From a virus, in the IMG/VR virus record IMGVR_UViG_3300030250_000026: 54,237 nt of DNA; one strand, given 5' to 3'. The notes beneath the pieces were generated by a model. The model ran no database searches and had not been told where the DNA came from. It was given only the letters and a program-made list of their open reading frames with translations. Position numbers and translations under genes: made by a program. Numbering within the stretch: position 1 is the stretch's first letter; each line of letters opens with the position of its first letter. Positions 9,742 to 18,036 of the stretch are shown piece after piece.

Positions 9742-10710
9742 ATGGCAGAATTGAAAGAAATTGCCGCAGGAACGATGATTGGTTTCTCGGCGAACAAGAC
9801 GGTGAAAGAAGCGAAGGAAGATACAGCTACCAACCGCGTTGACATCTGTAAGACGAAGGAACTTTACCTGAATGGTGAGCGCGCTGGTGTTACGGACGTT
9901 GAGAAGAAATTCCTTGAAGAAAACTTGAACACTGATAGCACTGTGAAGGCTTCGAAGGTGAAGACTTCACTTGGCAGCGACATTGAGACTTATGTTAAGA
10001 ACAATGTGGCAGGTGCTTACAAGTACCAGGGCACGGTAGACAGCCTTGACGAAATCCTTGCAAAGAACTGCACGAAGGGCGATGTGTTCAACGTTCGTGT
10101 GAAATTTGTTCTTTCCGGAAGTGATGGAAATGATGGTATTTATGAGGCTGGCACCAATGTGGCTGTGAGAGAGACTTTTGCAGCAGGTAAAGGCAATAAA
10201 AGATTGCTTGACCCCTTGGGTGGTATCGTTAACGGCTATGCGACGAAAACTGATTTAGAGACCGGACTTGCGAAGAAGGCTGATAAGGCGATTGTGCTGC
10301 CGATTTCAAATTATGTGCCTGGAGGAAAGGTTGAAGAAATTGCAGATGTGTTTGGTTTTGATGTGAACACATCATCAGATACTATTGCCGCATATTTAAC
10401 TGGTGACCGCAGTTTTGACAAGTTGTTTAACGCCATTCAATCTGGTGTGAATATTTATGGTCAGTATCATCATTATGAAGCCCTTGTTGATATGTCTGAG
10501 GCTGGTATAGCTGAGGTATGCAACGTTAAGGCTTATGATTGGTCGGGACAAATAGGTTCTACTCAAAAACAAACGTATAAAGCCATAGAGATGGAACTGG
10601 AAGATGTAAAAATAATTATTCAACTTTCAGCTGGAAAATATAAGGCGATTAAAACGGAATCTATTTCGCGTCGTATCTTTAATCTTGAACGCCAGTTGAC
10701 CTTGGCCTAA
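9742..10710 (+). CDS. Structural protein (unknown role)
   Basis: 322-aa ORF in the structural block. No motif recognised. Confidence 0.45.
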   Translation: MAELKEIAAGTMIGFSANKTVKEAKEDTATNRVDICKTKELYLNGERAGVTDVEKKFLEENLNTDSTVKASKVKTSLGSDIETYVKNNVAGAYKYQGTVDSLDEILAKNCTKGDVFNVRVKFVLSGSDGNDGIYEAGTNVAVRETFAAGKGNKRLLDPLGGIVNGYATKTDLETGLAKKADKAIVLPISNYVPGGKVEEIADVFGFDVNTSSDTIAAYLTGDRSFDKLFNAIQSGVNIYGQYHHYEALVDMSEAGIAEVCNVKAYDWSGQIGSTQKQTYKAIEMELEDVKIIIQLSAGKYKAIKTESISRRIFNLERQLTLA

Positions 10711-10787
10711 GGCATTTTATCATAATTATATAACGAAGCCGCACTATGGCCGGTGTGTCATGGTGCGGCATTATTTTAGTATAGACT

Positions 10788-11927
10788 ATGGCAAAGAAAG
10801 ATTGGAGCGAGATGGAAGGATTGCCATGGCGGCTTGATGTAGGCTCGACATTGGAAGAGGCCATGCAGTCGGAGAACGGTCAGATGCTGTATGTAACGAA
10901 AGATGGCCAAATAGTGATGAATGGTGAGGTGATAGCCAATGATGCTGTACATTACCTTGGCAGTTATTCACTTTCTTCGGGAGGCGAAAATGCCGCAAAA
11001 CAGCTGTCGGTAAATTGCTTTACGAAGCCAATACTGCACTATACCATAACGGGCAATAATAATTTGACAGCGTTGGTGCGCCAGGTGCGTACGAACAATA
11101 CGAATGTGCGTCAGTGGCTGAGGCTCGGTGCTACGCTATACTACCGTGATGTGACGATGAACAACGACTTTAGTCAGGCTACATCATGCACATCGTGGAC
11201 GAGGTTGCCGGAGTATGACTCTACGGTGGACAGCCGCATCACCAAGAACCGTTCGGACATTGCTGACAACATACAGAAAGTCAATGCAAACACAAAACGT
11301 TTAGACGGTATAGATGGTGCGATAGAGTCATTTGGCGAGAGCATTACAGACCAAGCCTTGCGCATATATAACCTGGAGCACGGCAAACCATTGGCTACCC
11401 AATTGGCACCAGGCTTTATGAGCGCAGAAGACAAGGTAAAGGTGGACACGCTGAACGGTGGCATTGCGCAGCAGAAGGACGGCAGTTATAAGACATTGAC
11501 TGGCAAGGCCGTCATTGAGACGCACTCCGACGTGGTGGGAGAGGAGGTGAGTTTGACAGACTTTAATAACGCCCAAGCCACTACCTACAATAAAGGTGAT
11601 GTGATAAACCTATACTATACCAAGGGTGCCTATGGTGTGCTTGCGCAAAAGGATATGCTATGGTTCGGCCGTCGCGTGGTGAGCAACGACAGCAGCAACG
11701 GCACGCTCGTGAAGTATGACTTTAAGACTATTGCCGGTGTGGAGCCTAAAGATGCGTTTAACAGTGACATTACTCTGTACTTCTTGACACTCAAGGGTTA
11801 TACATCTGCCTTTAGGGGTAGTGCTGGTTATACATTGTACCCATTGAATGTAAGTGCAGTGCCCTACTTGCCATCAACAGCAGACAAGGTGCTGCTTGAA
11901 AAGATAAAACAGAAACTTGGATTATGA
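10788..11927 (+). CDS. Fibre/receptor-binding candidate (shared N-terminal module, distinct C-terminus)
   Basis: 379 aa. N-terminal ~50 aa are paralogous to the 9164 product. The rest is beta-rich and unrelated. Confidence 0.45.
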   Translation: MAKKDWSEMEGLPWRLDVGSTLEEAMQSENGQMLYVTKDGQIVMNGEVIANDAVHYLGSYSLSSGGENAAKQLSVNCFTKPILHYTITGNNNLTALVRQVRTNNTNVRQWLRLGATLYYRDVTMNNDFSQATSCTSWTRLPEYDSTVDSRITKNRSDIADNIQKVNANTKRLDGIDGAIESFGESITDQALRIYNLEHGKPLATQLAPGFMSAEDKVKVDTLNGGIAQQKDGSYKTLTGKAVIETHSDVVGEEVSLTDFNNAQATTYNKGDVINLYYTKGAYGVLAQKDMLWFGRRVVSNDSSNGTLVKYDFKTIAGVEPKDAFNSDITLYFLTLKGYTSAFRGSAGYTLYPLNVSAVPYLPSTADKVLLEKIKQKLGL

Positions 11928-12313
11928 CAGACCTGATACAGACTATCAGTTCTATTGTGACAGGTGTGGCGATACCGGTGCTCGGTGTATTCTTGTTCTA
12001 TGATGCGAAGAAACGTGAGGCTTCTGCCAGGGCCGGTAAGGCAGAGGCAGACAACATTACGCAGTATGCTGCCCAATGGCAGAAGTTGTATGAAGAGAAG
12101 GTGAAGCACGAAGAGGAACTGAATGAGAAGATTGATGCGCTATATGTGCAGCTTAATGAGCAACGCGATGAACTTGCGCGACTTAAAAAGGAGATGGCAG
12201 AACTGATGGTGAAGCAGCAGTATGCGGAGAGCCAGAAGTGTACGGTGTTTGGCTGCCCCAACCGCCAGCCGCCTCAACTTGTGTGTGCAAGTAGTAATCA
12301 CCCAGAACAATAG
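11924..12313 (+). CDS. N-terminal TM + coiled-coil protein (holin/i-spanin-like)
   Basis: TM segment LIQTISSIVTGVAIPVLGVFLFY followed by a long charged coiled coil. First gene of the lysis cassette. Confidence 0.45.
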   Translation: MTDLIQTISSIVTGVAIPVLGVFLFYDAKKREASARAGKAEADNITQYAAQWQKLYEEKVKHEEELNEKIDALYVQLNEQRDELARLKKEMAELMVKQQYAESQKCTVFGCPNRQPPQLVCASSNHPEQ

Positions 12314-12317
12314 GACT

Positions 12318-12590
12318 ATGAGATTGACGAGATATATCACGGAATTGATACGTGTGGACAGTGGGCATAGCAGCAAGGCGTTTTTCCTTGTGATGGTGAC
12401 GATTGTTGGCAGTGTGTTGCTTCTTTGCGCGGCGTTTGTGCTGGCATGGGAGGTTGTGAGCACTGGCACTATACATACGGATTTAGTGGGACTGAGCGCA
12501 TTTGTGGGCAGTGTGGCAAGTTTGTTTGCAACAGCTGGTATCACAAAGGTGTGCAGTGAACGGAAAGAAAAGAAATGCGAGTATGAATGA
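12318..12590 (+). CDS. Small two-TM membrane protein (holin candidate)
   Basis: ATG at 12318 (the ORF track extends upstream to 12222). Two hydrophobic segments, AFFLVMVTIVGSVLLLCAAFVLAW and LSAFVGSVASLFATAGI, plus a charged tail. Confidence 0.5.
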   Translation: MRLTRYITELIRVDSGHSSKAFFLVMVTIVGSVLLLCAAFVLAWEVVSTGTIHTDLVGLSAFVGSVASLFATAGITKVCSERKEKKCEYE

Positions 12591-13188
12591 TTGGATAGGT
12601 GGTTACAATTCTGTGTTCAAGTGTCTTGGCGGGAGAGGTCATGGGCAGGAGGAACGCGAGGTGAACGACTATTATGCGACAGACCCGATGGCGGTAGATT
12701 ATCTTGTTGAGAATAATTTGTTGCCAGATTGTATATGGGAATGTGCTTGTGGTGAAGGGCATCTGAGTAGAAGGCTTGAAGAAGAAGGATATGATGTGTA
12801 TAGTTCGGACTTGGTGGACCGTGGATATGGTGTAAGCGGGGTGGACTTTTTGAAGGCTGATGAGAAGCCTTCTGACAAGATAAAATGTATAGTTACCAAT
12901 CCACCCTATAAATATGCCACGGAGTTTGTGCTGCACGCAATAGACATTCTTAAGCCCGGCGACAAGATTTTCATGTTCCTTAAGACGACATTTCTTGAAG
13001 GCCGGAGAAGGAAAGAAATGCTTTTTGACCGTTTCCCGCCAAAGACAATCTACCAATTCAGCGGAAGAGTTGCCTGTGCAAAGAATGGAGATTTTGGAAA
13101 GATGAAGAAGATTGGAAGTGCTGTTGCTTATGCTTGGTACGAGTGGGAGATTGGTTCGTATGGCACGACAGCACTCAAATGGATATAA
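12583..13188 (+). CDS. Orphan N6-adenine DNA methyltransferase
   Basis: Motif I-like WECACGEGH and motif IV TNPPY. ATG at 12583 overlaps the upstream stop (ATGAATGA). No adjacent nuclease. Confidence 0.7.
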   Translation: MNDWIGGYNSVFKCLGGRGHGQEEREVNDYYATDPMAVDYLVENNLLPDCIWECACGEGHLSRRLEEEGYDVYSSDLVDRGYGVSGVDFLKADEKPSDKIKCIVTNPPYKYATEFVLHAIDILKPGDKIFMFLKTTFLEGRRRKEMLFDRFPPKTIYQFSGRVACAKNGDFGKMKKIGSAVAYAWYEWEIGSYGTTALKWI

Positions 13189-13203
13189 CACAATATAATA
13201 TAG

Positions 13204-13719
13204 ATGGAAAGTTGGAAAGAATTAGCGGCATTTGTGCTGGAGCGCGAGGGCGGCTATGTTAATAATAAGGCCGACAAGGGAGGACCTACGAACAAGGGCG
13301 TGACATTAGCGACCTACCGAAGTGTGTATGGACAGCACAAGACGGTTGAGGACTTGAAACGCATTACTGATGCGGAGTGGGAGTACATTTTTAAGAAATT
13401 CTACTGGTACAAGTGCAAGGCTGACTACATACAGGACAAGAGTGTGGCCTTTATTCTTGTGGACTGGGCCTATAACAGCGGAGTCAAGACGGCCGTAACG
13501 CACTTGCAGCGGATAGTTAAGACTACTGCCGACGGCATCATGGGCAAGCAGACCTTGCAGGCGGTAAATACGCGTAGTCCGCTGCCATTGTTCGGGGCGT
13601 TGAAGCAGGACAGAATAGCTTTTTACAAGGCAAGAGCTGCCAAGAATCCGAGTCAGAAGGTGTTCTTGAAGGGGTGGCTAAATCGGGTGAGCCATTTCGC
13701 GTATGGCAAGTTCGTTTGA
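13204..13719 (+). CDS. Endolysin, GH108-type muramidase with PG_binding_3-like C-terminus
   Basis: The N-terminal signature LEREGGYVNNKADKGGPTNKGVT matches the EGGY...D.GG.T..G motif of glycoside hydrolase family 108 lysins. Confidence 0.8.
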   Translation: MESWKELAAFVLEREGGYVNNKADKGGPTNKGVTLATYRSVYGQHKTVEDLKRITDAEWEYIFKKFYWYKCKADYIQDKSVAFILVDWAYNSGVKTAVTHLQRIVKTTADGIMGKQTLQAVNTRSPLPLFGALKQDRIAFYKARAAKNPSQKVFLKGWLNRVSHFAYGKFV

Positions 13720-13730
13720 ACAAAAACGAA

Positions 13731-13760
13731 ACTGCCACACGAAAAAACTCGTGCGGCAGT
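13731..13760 (+). terminator. Hairpin after the endolysin gene
   Basis: ACTGCCACACG / CGTGCGGCAGT stem (one mismatch). No clear T-run. Confidence 0.35.
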
Positions 13761-13835
13761 TAAGTGCTTCTTTTAGGATGTGCCCTTTTTATATATTAAT
13801 TAAACACTGCAAAGATAACAAATATAATCAAGAAT

Positions 13836-14312
13836 ATGCGTAGAATTAGTGGTTTTTTAATCGTAATTATCTGTGCAGTTGTCTTGCACAGCAGTTGCGC
13901 GCGCAAGGTGGTGCAGAGCATGGAGCGCACGCACGACGCGCTGATAGTGTATAAGACCGACAGTGTGATGGTGCGCGATACGATTGTGACAGTTTCCAAT
14001 TTGGAAACAGTGGACAGCGTGGCGGAGCGCATGACTACCTATGTGGTGGTGGACACAGCTGGCAAGGTGCTGACGAAGTATGTGTATCGCGACAGAAGCG
14101 TATACCACAACAAGGACGCTCTTAGTGCGAGCAGTCATGTGTCATGCCGCGCACACCGCACAAACAGCACAAGCCACAAGGCTACGGTGCGTGATGCGGT
14201 GACAAGGGTTGAGAAGCCTCCTGCAAGGTGGAAGCTTCGGGCCGTTGGCGGTCTGATTATCATAGTAATATGCGTGTTGTTATATTACAACATATATAGT
14301 AAGTATAAGTGA
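13836..14312 (+). CDS. Lipoprotein with C-terminal TM anchor (unimolecular-spanin candidate)
   Basis: Signal peptide plus lipobox (VVLHSSC) at the N-terminus and a TM segment LRAVGGLIIIVICVLLYY at the C-terminus. Adjacent to the endolysin. Confidence 0.5.
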   Translation: MRRISGFLIVIICAVVLHSSCARKVVQSMERTHDALIVYKTDSVMVRDTIVTVSNLETVDSVAERMTTYVVVDTAGKVLTKYVYRDRSVYHNKDALSASSHVSCRAHRTNSTSHKATVRDAVTRVEKPPARWKLRAVGGLIIIVICVLLYYNIYSKYK

Positions 14313-14332
14313 TTTTGTTGGGTTGTTTGTTT

Positions 14333-14385
14333 GGCAAGCATGGGCGCATGGTGATGTGTTCCGTGCTTGCCTTTGTGCTTATTTA
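14333..14385 (+). terminator. Intrinsic terminator
   Basis: GGCAAGCATGG / CCGTGCTTGCC stem (one G-U pair) followed by a T-rich run TTTGTGCTTATTTATTT. Confidence 0.6.
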
Positions 14386-14410
14386 TTTACAACGAAATTA
14401 CTTATGAACA

Positions 14411-14704
14411 ATGGAACAATTACAACAGATTTTTGATTGTGCAGTTGAAGCCGTGATGCAAGCCAGCGGCCTTGACTTTGATGCGCTTGCTAATTGTCGC
14501 TCGGAGCGGTGTGTGGTGGCGCGCGTGGTGCTTGTGGACGTGCTGATGGAGCTTGGTATGAGCGAAGGGGATATTGCATTCCTAAGCGGCATGAGTCAGC
14601 AGAGAGTTAACTCGCTTAAGAATAGTGCGAGGTACAGGCTAAAGGGACTGGCTGCACGGGTGATGAGGGAGGAGGTGAGGAAATCCGTTTCCTTGCCAAT
14701 ATGA
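14411..14704 (+). CDS. Small HTH DNA-binding protein (sigma-70 region-4 / DnaA-C-like)
   Basis: MSEGDIAFLSGMSQQRVNSLKNSARYRLKGL fits the region-4 type HTH pattern. 97 aa. Confidence 0.45.
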   Translation: MEQLQQIFDCAVEAVMQASGLDFDALANCRSERCVVARVVLVDVLMELGMSEGDIAFLSGMSQQRVNSLKNSARYRLKGLAARVMREEVRKSVSLPI

Positions 14705-14706
14705 GT

Positions 14707-14734
14707 AAAGGCCACCTGGATTTGGTGGCCTTTT
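14707..14734. terminator. Bidirectional terminator between convergent genes
   Basis: AAAGGCCACC-TGGATTT-GGTGGCCTTT, a perfect 10-bp stem flanked by A and T runs. Confidence 0.7.
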
Positions 14735-14736
14735 GC

Positions 14737-15048
14737 TTATGATTGGTTAATTGGTTGATAGTGTTGTATGTAATCCTTAAATCTGATTGCTTGACTTTTT
14801 AAGATGTTGGAAAAAGACAATGTTTCTCGCAGTTTGTCAAGCCCATAGTTGTCAATAAAACGTCCGACACAAGGGTTGAGCAGTAAAGATGGTATTGCTT
14901 CAACATCACTCATGTCTAATTTGACAGGCTCTCCTTGTTGTATTTTATCTATCATGATACAATACAACTCTTCTCCTGCTTTTCTGTAATCCTTTGTTCT
15001 CGCAAGGATTGTTGATACTTTAATTGTACACATAATATCAAAAATCAA
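14737..15048 (-). CDS. STAS-like (DUF4325-type) small protein, partner of the GHKL ATPase
   Basis: About 100 aa. Pattern PVKLDMSDVEAIPSLLLNPCVGRF resembles the STAS-like V.LDF.GV core. TTG start at 15048, or ATG at 15033 just 4 nt after the upstream stop. AT-rich. Confidence 0.5.
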   Translation of the reverse strand: MIFDIMCTIKVSTILARTKDYRKAGEELYCIMIDKIQQGEPVKLDMSDVEAIPSLLLNPCVGRFIDNYGLDKLRETLSFSNILKSQAIRFKDYIQHYQPINQS

Positions 15049-15895
15049 AGTCGGTTAATATATCTTCTTCTTCTAAATTTTGAGTATCAATGTCGAAATC
15101 AATAAGTGTTCCCGTAAAATTGAAGTCGGTTTGTGAGATATGCTGCATTCCGTCTATTTTTACGAGGCAAGCTCCCTTGCTAAATAGTCTTACATTATCT
15201 GAGTTTGTTAAGATATTGTCTAAGCCAAACCCTCTGTTGTTCTGTTGCGATTGAACAGTAAAGTTCTTCTTGATTGCAATTTCAAGTGCTTCTTTGTCAT
15301 TCGTTTCGTTTCCAAGAAATGCCCTTACAGAAGAAGGTATAGATATTCCGAAGTCACATATTGCTACATTTATCTTACCATTTTTCTGATTGTAATATAT
15401 AACACTAAAAGCATTGCCATTTGCTTGTGCATGGTCAAACACATTGTTATAGGCTTCAGCAAGGCACGTTGATATAGGCGTGTAGTCTTTATCCTTGCCT
15501 ATTGTGTTCTTAAAGTATTTAGTTACTTCACTCGCAAATATGTCTTTTTCGTCATCTTTTATTTTCCATAAACTAAAGATGTCTTTTTCAGTGCTTAATG
15601 CGTGTCTAAAACCTAATCTCCAATAGGTTGAGAAACCGCAAGTGTCGCAAACATACTGACACACATCTTTATTATCCCGAGAGATACTAACTGGGAAATT
15701 CTTGTCTACGAAGAATTGTACCAAACAAGCAAGCGAAGCTAAATGGAAAGGTTTAAGCTCGTGTGGAAGTATTTCGCTGGAGAAATCTATAACTACCTCT
15801 TCTCCAGAAGTGCTGTTACAATGCAAATTCACAAACGAAGCAATATTACGAACCCACCTAACTTTGTCCGCTTTGTCGAATAAGATATGAATCAT
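15038..15895 (-). CDS. GHKL-fold ATPase/kinase (SpoIIAB/RsbW-like) with an unknown N-terminal domain
   Basis: N-box AYNNVFDHAQAN, G1-like AICDFGISIP, G2 NRGFGLDN. Likely ATG at 15895 (the ORF track extends to 15988). AT-rich: 17/60 G+C at 15061-15120. Confidence 0.65.
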   Translation of the reverse strand: MIHILFDKADKVRWVRNIASFVNLHCNSTSGEEVVIDFSSEILPHELKPFHLASLACLVQFFVDKNFPVSISRDNKDVCQYVCDTCGFSTYWRLGFRHALSTEKDIFSLWKIKDDEKDIFASEVTKYFKNTIGKDKDYTPISTCLAEAYNNVFDHAQANGNAFSVIYYNQKNGKINVAICDFGISIPSSVRAFLGNETNDKEALEIAIKKNFTVQSQQNNRGFGLDNILTNSDNVRLFSKGACLVKIDGMQHISQTDFNFTGTLIDFDIDTQNLEEEDILTDFDF

Positions 15896-15961
15896 GTTGC
15901 AAAGGTACAACTGCAAGTTACATTTTCCAAATAAATTAACAATTATTGGTGCAGAGTTGGG

Positions 15962-16013
15962 CACAAGCAACTCACAAGCAACAAACAAAACTCACAAGCA
16001 ACTCACAAGCAAC
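15962..16013. repeat. Four copies of CACAAGCAAC in a divergent intergenic region
   Basis: Copies at 15962-71, 15973-82, 15993-16002 and 16004-13. Confidence 0.85.
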
Positions 16014-16073
16014 TTGTCATCACCTTTGCGCTATCGGGGGATATTCCCCGACCGACTTAATACATTCATAATT

Positions 16074-16907
16074 ATGGACAATGTAGAGAAAGTAATCTGT
16101 TGCGACAGAGGTAATGATGCGCTCGCTTATGCAGCAATGGCGAACAACAAGGGCAATGACCCTATGGCACTGGCTGCTATGATGAACGGCGGCCTTGGAG
16201 GTGCCAATCAGTGGTTGAACAATCCGTTTTTGTACCTTATTTTTCTTGCCATGTTCGGTGGCAATGGCTTCGGGTTTGGCAACAACCGCAATGGTCTGCA
16301 AGATGCCGAGATACAGAGCCAAATCCAATCTTTGCGCTCGCAGATGGCGGACAACCACAACTCCGACCTGTTAATGCAAGCTATCAAGGGCAATAACGAT
16401 GCATTGACTACATTGGGCGCAAACCTTAATTGCGACTTCAACCAGTTGCAGCAAGGCGTGTGTGCAGTTCGTTCCGCTATTGACAACGTAAGCGGCAAGG
16501 TAGGTTTCTCTGCCGAGCGCGTAATCAACGCAGCGGAGAAAGGTGATGCGGCAGTTATCCAGGCAATACAAAATTGCTGCTGCAACACACAAAACAACAT
16601 CACCAAGATGGGCTATGAGAACCAGCTCGCAATACAAGGACAGACCAACTCCTTGCAGCAGAGCCTCAACTTTGTCAACTCATCGGTGGAGCGCGGATTC
16701 AGCTCTGTTGGCTATCAGATGTCGCAGGACAAGTGCGATGTTATTCGTGCAGGACAGGACAACACGCAGCGCATAATTGATGCCTTGAACAACCATTGGT
16801 ATGCTGACATTGACCGCAAGTATCAAGACGCGAGATTGGAGCTGTCGCAGCAGAACCAGACTGCCGCACTGATTGCAGCTCTTGGCAAGACTACCGCCAC
16901 GGCATGA
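16074..16907 (+). CDS. Membrane-associated Q/N-rich coiled-coil protein (unknown function)
   Basis: ATG at 16074. Gly-rich hydrophobic segment FLYLIFLAMFGGNGFGFG followed by a long Q/N-rich helical region. The upstream part of the ORF-track ORF overlaps the repeat array. Confidence 0.5.
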   Translation: MDNVEKVICCDRGNDALAYAAMANNKGNDPMALAAMMNGGLGGANQWLNNPFLYLIFLAMFGGNGFGFGNNRNGLQDAEIQSQIQSLRSQMADNHNSDLLMQAIKGNNDALTTLGANLNCDFNQLQQGVCAVRSAIDNVSGKVGFSAERVINAAEKGDAAVIQAIQNCCCNTQNNITKMGYENQLAIQGQTNSLQQSLNFVNSSVERGFSSVGYQMSQDKCDVIRAGQDNTQRIIDALNNHWYADIDRKYQDARLELSQQNQTAALIAALGKTTATA

Positions 16908-17029
16908 AGAGGAGGTGTTTCCAAAACGGAAATAACCACTGATGACCATTCTATTGACGCCAACGAAAAGGTTGACAACAATACCTTTTTCGCGAGGTCT
17001 CGGAAGAGGTCGAAAGAGAAGTAATAACA

Positions 17030-17060
17030 AGCACGTGGGGAGGTGATTGCCCCACGTGCT
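17030..17060 (+). terminator. Perfect 11-bp hairpin AGCACGTGGGG/CCCCACGTGCT
   Basis: Seen directly. No T-run, so termination is uncertain. Confidence 0.35.
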
Positions 17061-17076
17061 ACTAACGATTGAAATC

Positions 17077-17559
17077 ATGCTATTCAAAGACGTAAAAATA
17101 GGCTACCCGATTTACTTTCTTGACAAGGAGGGCGCAAGATATTACCAAGGCAAAGCCGTGAGTGTTGCAGTTCCGCGCTACGACAATAGCCAAGCTAAGG
17201 CTTTTGGCGCGCAGCCGACTGGTCTTGTGGTAGACATAACCATAGAGGCAGATGGTGCGACCAAGACCTACACAATTCCAGAGACTGCAACAATAACGTA
17301 CGCAGGGCATCTTGTATTGTCAACAGACAATGAAGGAATACTAAGAGAGGTCGAAGCACTTAAGGCTGCAAGCGAGGAGGCATTGTCACAGGTTGAGCGA
17401 CACAAGCAGATGGTTACAAATTGTAGTCAACTGATGGAGGAGCTTAATCCAGCCTTTGCCGAAAAGCGCGCGCAAGACAAGCGGATTGAGGGCATTGAAA
17501 ACGAGGTGAAGAGCCTTGGGGCTGTCCTTCGTGATTTTATAAACGAGTTCAAAAAATGA
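17077..17559 (+). CDS. Hypothetical protein with C-terminal coiled coil
   Basis: ATG at 17077, after the hairpin. 160 aa. Confidence 0.5.
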   Translation: MLFKDVKIGYPIYFLDKEGARYYQGKAVSVAVPRYDNSQAKAFGAQPTGLVVDITIEADGATKTYTIPETATITYAGHLVLSTDNEGILREVEALKAASEEALSQVERHKQMVTNCSQLMEELNPAFAEKRAQDKRIEGIENEVKSLGAVLRDFINEFKK

Positions 17560-17912
17560 TGATTATGGGAAGATTATATATGGTGTTTTGCAAGGGTGGT
17601 GGCAAGTGCAAGCACTTCGACAAGGAGAGTGCAGAGAAGGCTGTCAGCCGCATATACTACACGACTAAGGACGGCACAGAGCATCACGGGCCGCACTGGA
17701 GCCTGGAGCAGGTGCTTGAAGCCACGAAAGGGTTGCAGTTTAAGCCTTGTGTGACGGATTACGACAAGTATGTAGCGTTTAACGCTGCTTATGCCGACTT
17801 GTGCAAGACGTTGACGCCAGACTTGATTATAGAGACAGGTCATGCGTTTTTCTTTGAAGATGAAGATGCGCCCTGCAATAAGATATGGATATACATGGAG
17901 AGTTTTGAGTAA
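17556..17912 (+). CDS. Hypothetical Cys-containing protein
   Basis: 118-aa ORF whose start overlaps the upstream stop. Confidence 0.5.
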   Translation: MMIMGRLYMVFCKGGGKCKHFDKESAEKAVSRIYYTTKDGTEHHGPHWSLEQVLEATKGLQFKPCVTDYDKYVAFNAAYADLCKTLTPDLIIETGHAFFFEDEDAPCNKIWIYMESFE

Positions 17913-17941
17913 AAAAAGCGTGACACATCGTCACGCTTTTT
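17911..17941 (+). terminator. Intrinsic terminator
   Basis: A7-GCGTGAC-ACATC-GTCACGC-T5. Confidence 0.75.
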
Positions 17942-18036
17942 GCTCTAATATAATGCCGTTCAGATATAAATTTATAAATTTGTTGCGTCTGTTAGGCATA
18001 GCGATATGTCCATTGCCTTGTAGTGAGTCTTTATCA

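Noticed and set aside
15894-16073. Upstream extensions of ORF-track ORFs (15894 for the 16074 gene; likewise 15988, 12222, 12502, 17047, 21188, 22173, 24524, 25780, 26531, 50700 and 51323)
   Set aside because: The extensions overlap neighbouring genes, repeats or promoters, and use non-ATG or poorly placed starts. Internal ATGs placed right after the upstream stop give compact operon geometry, so those were used.
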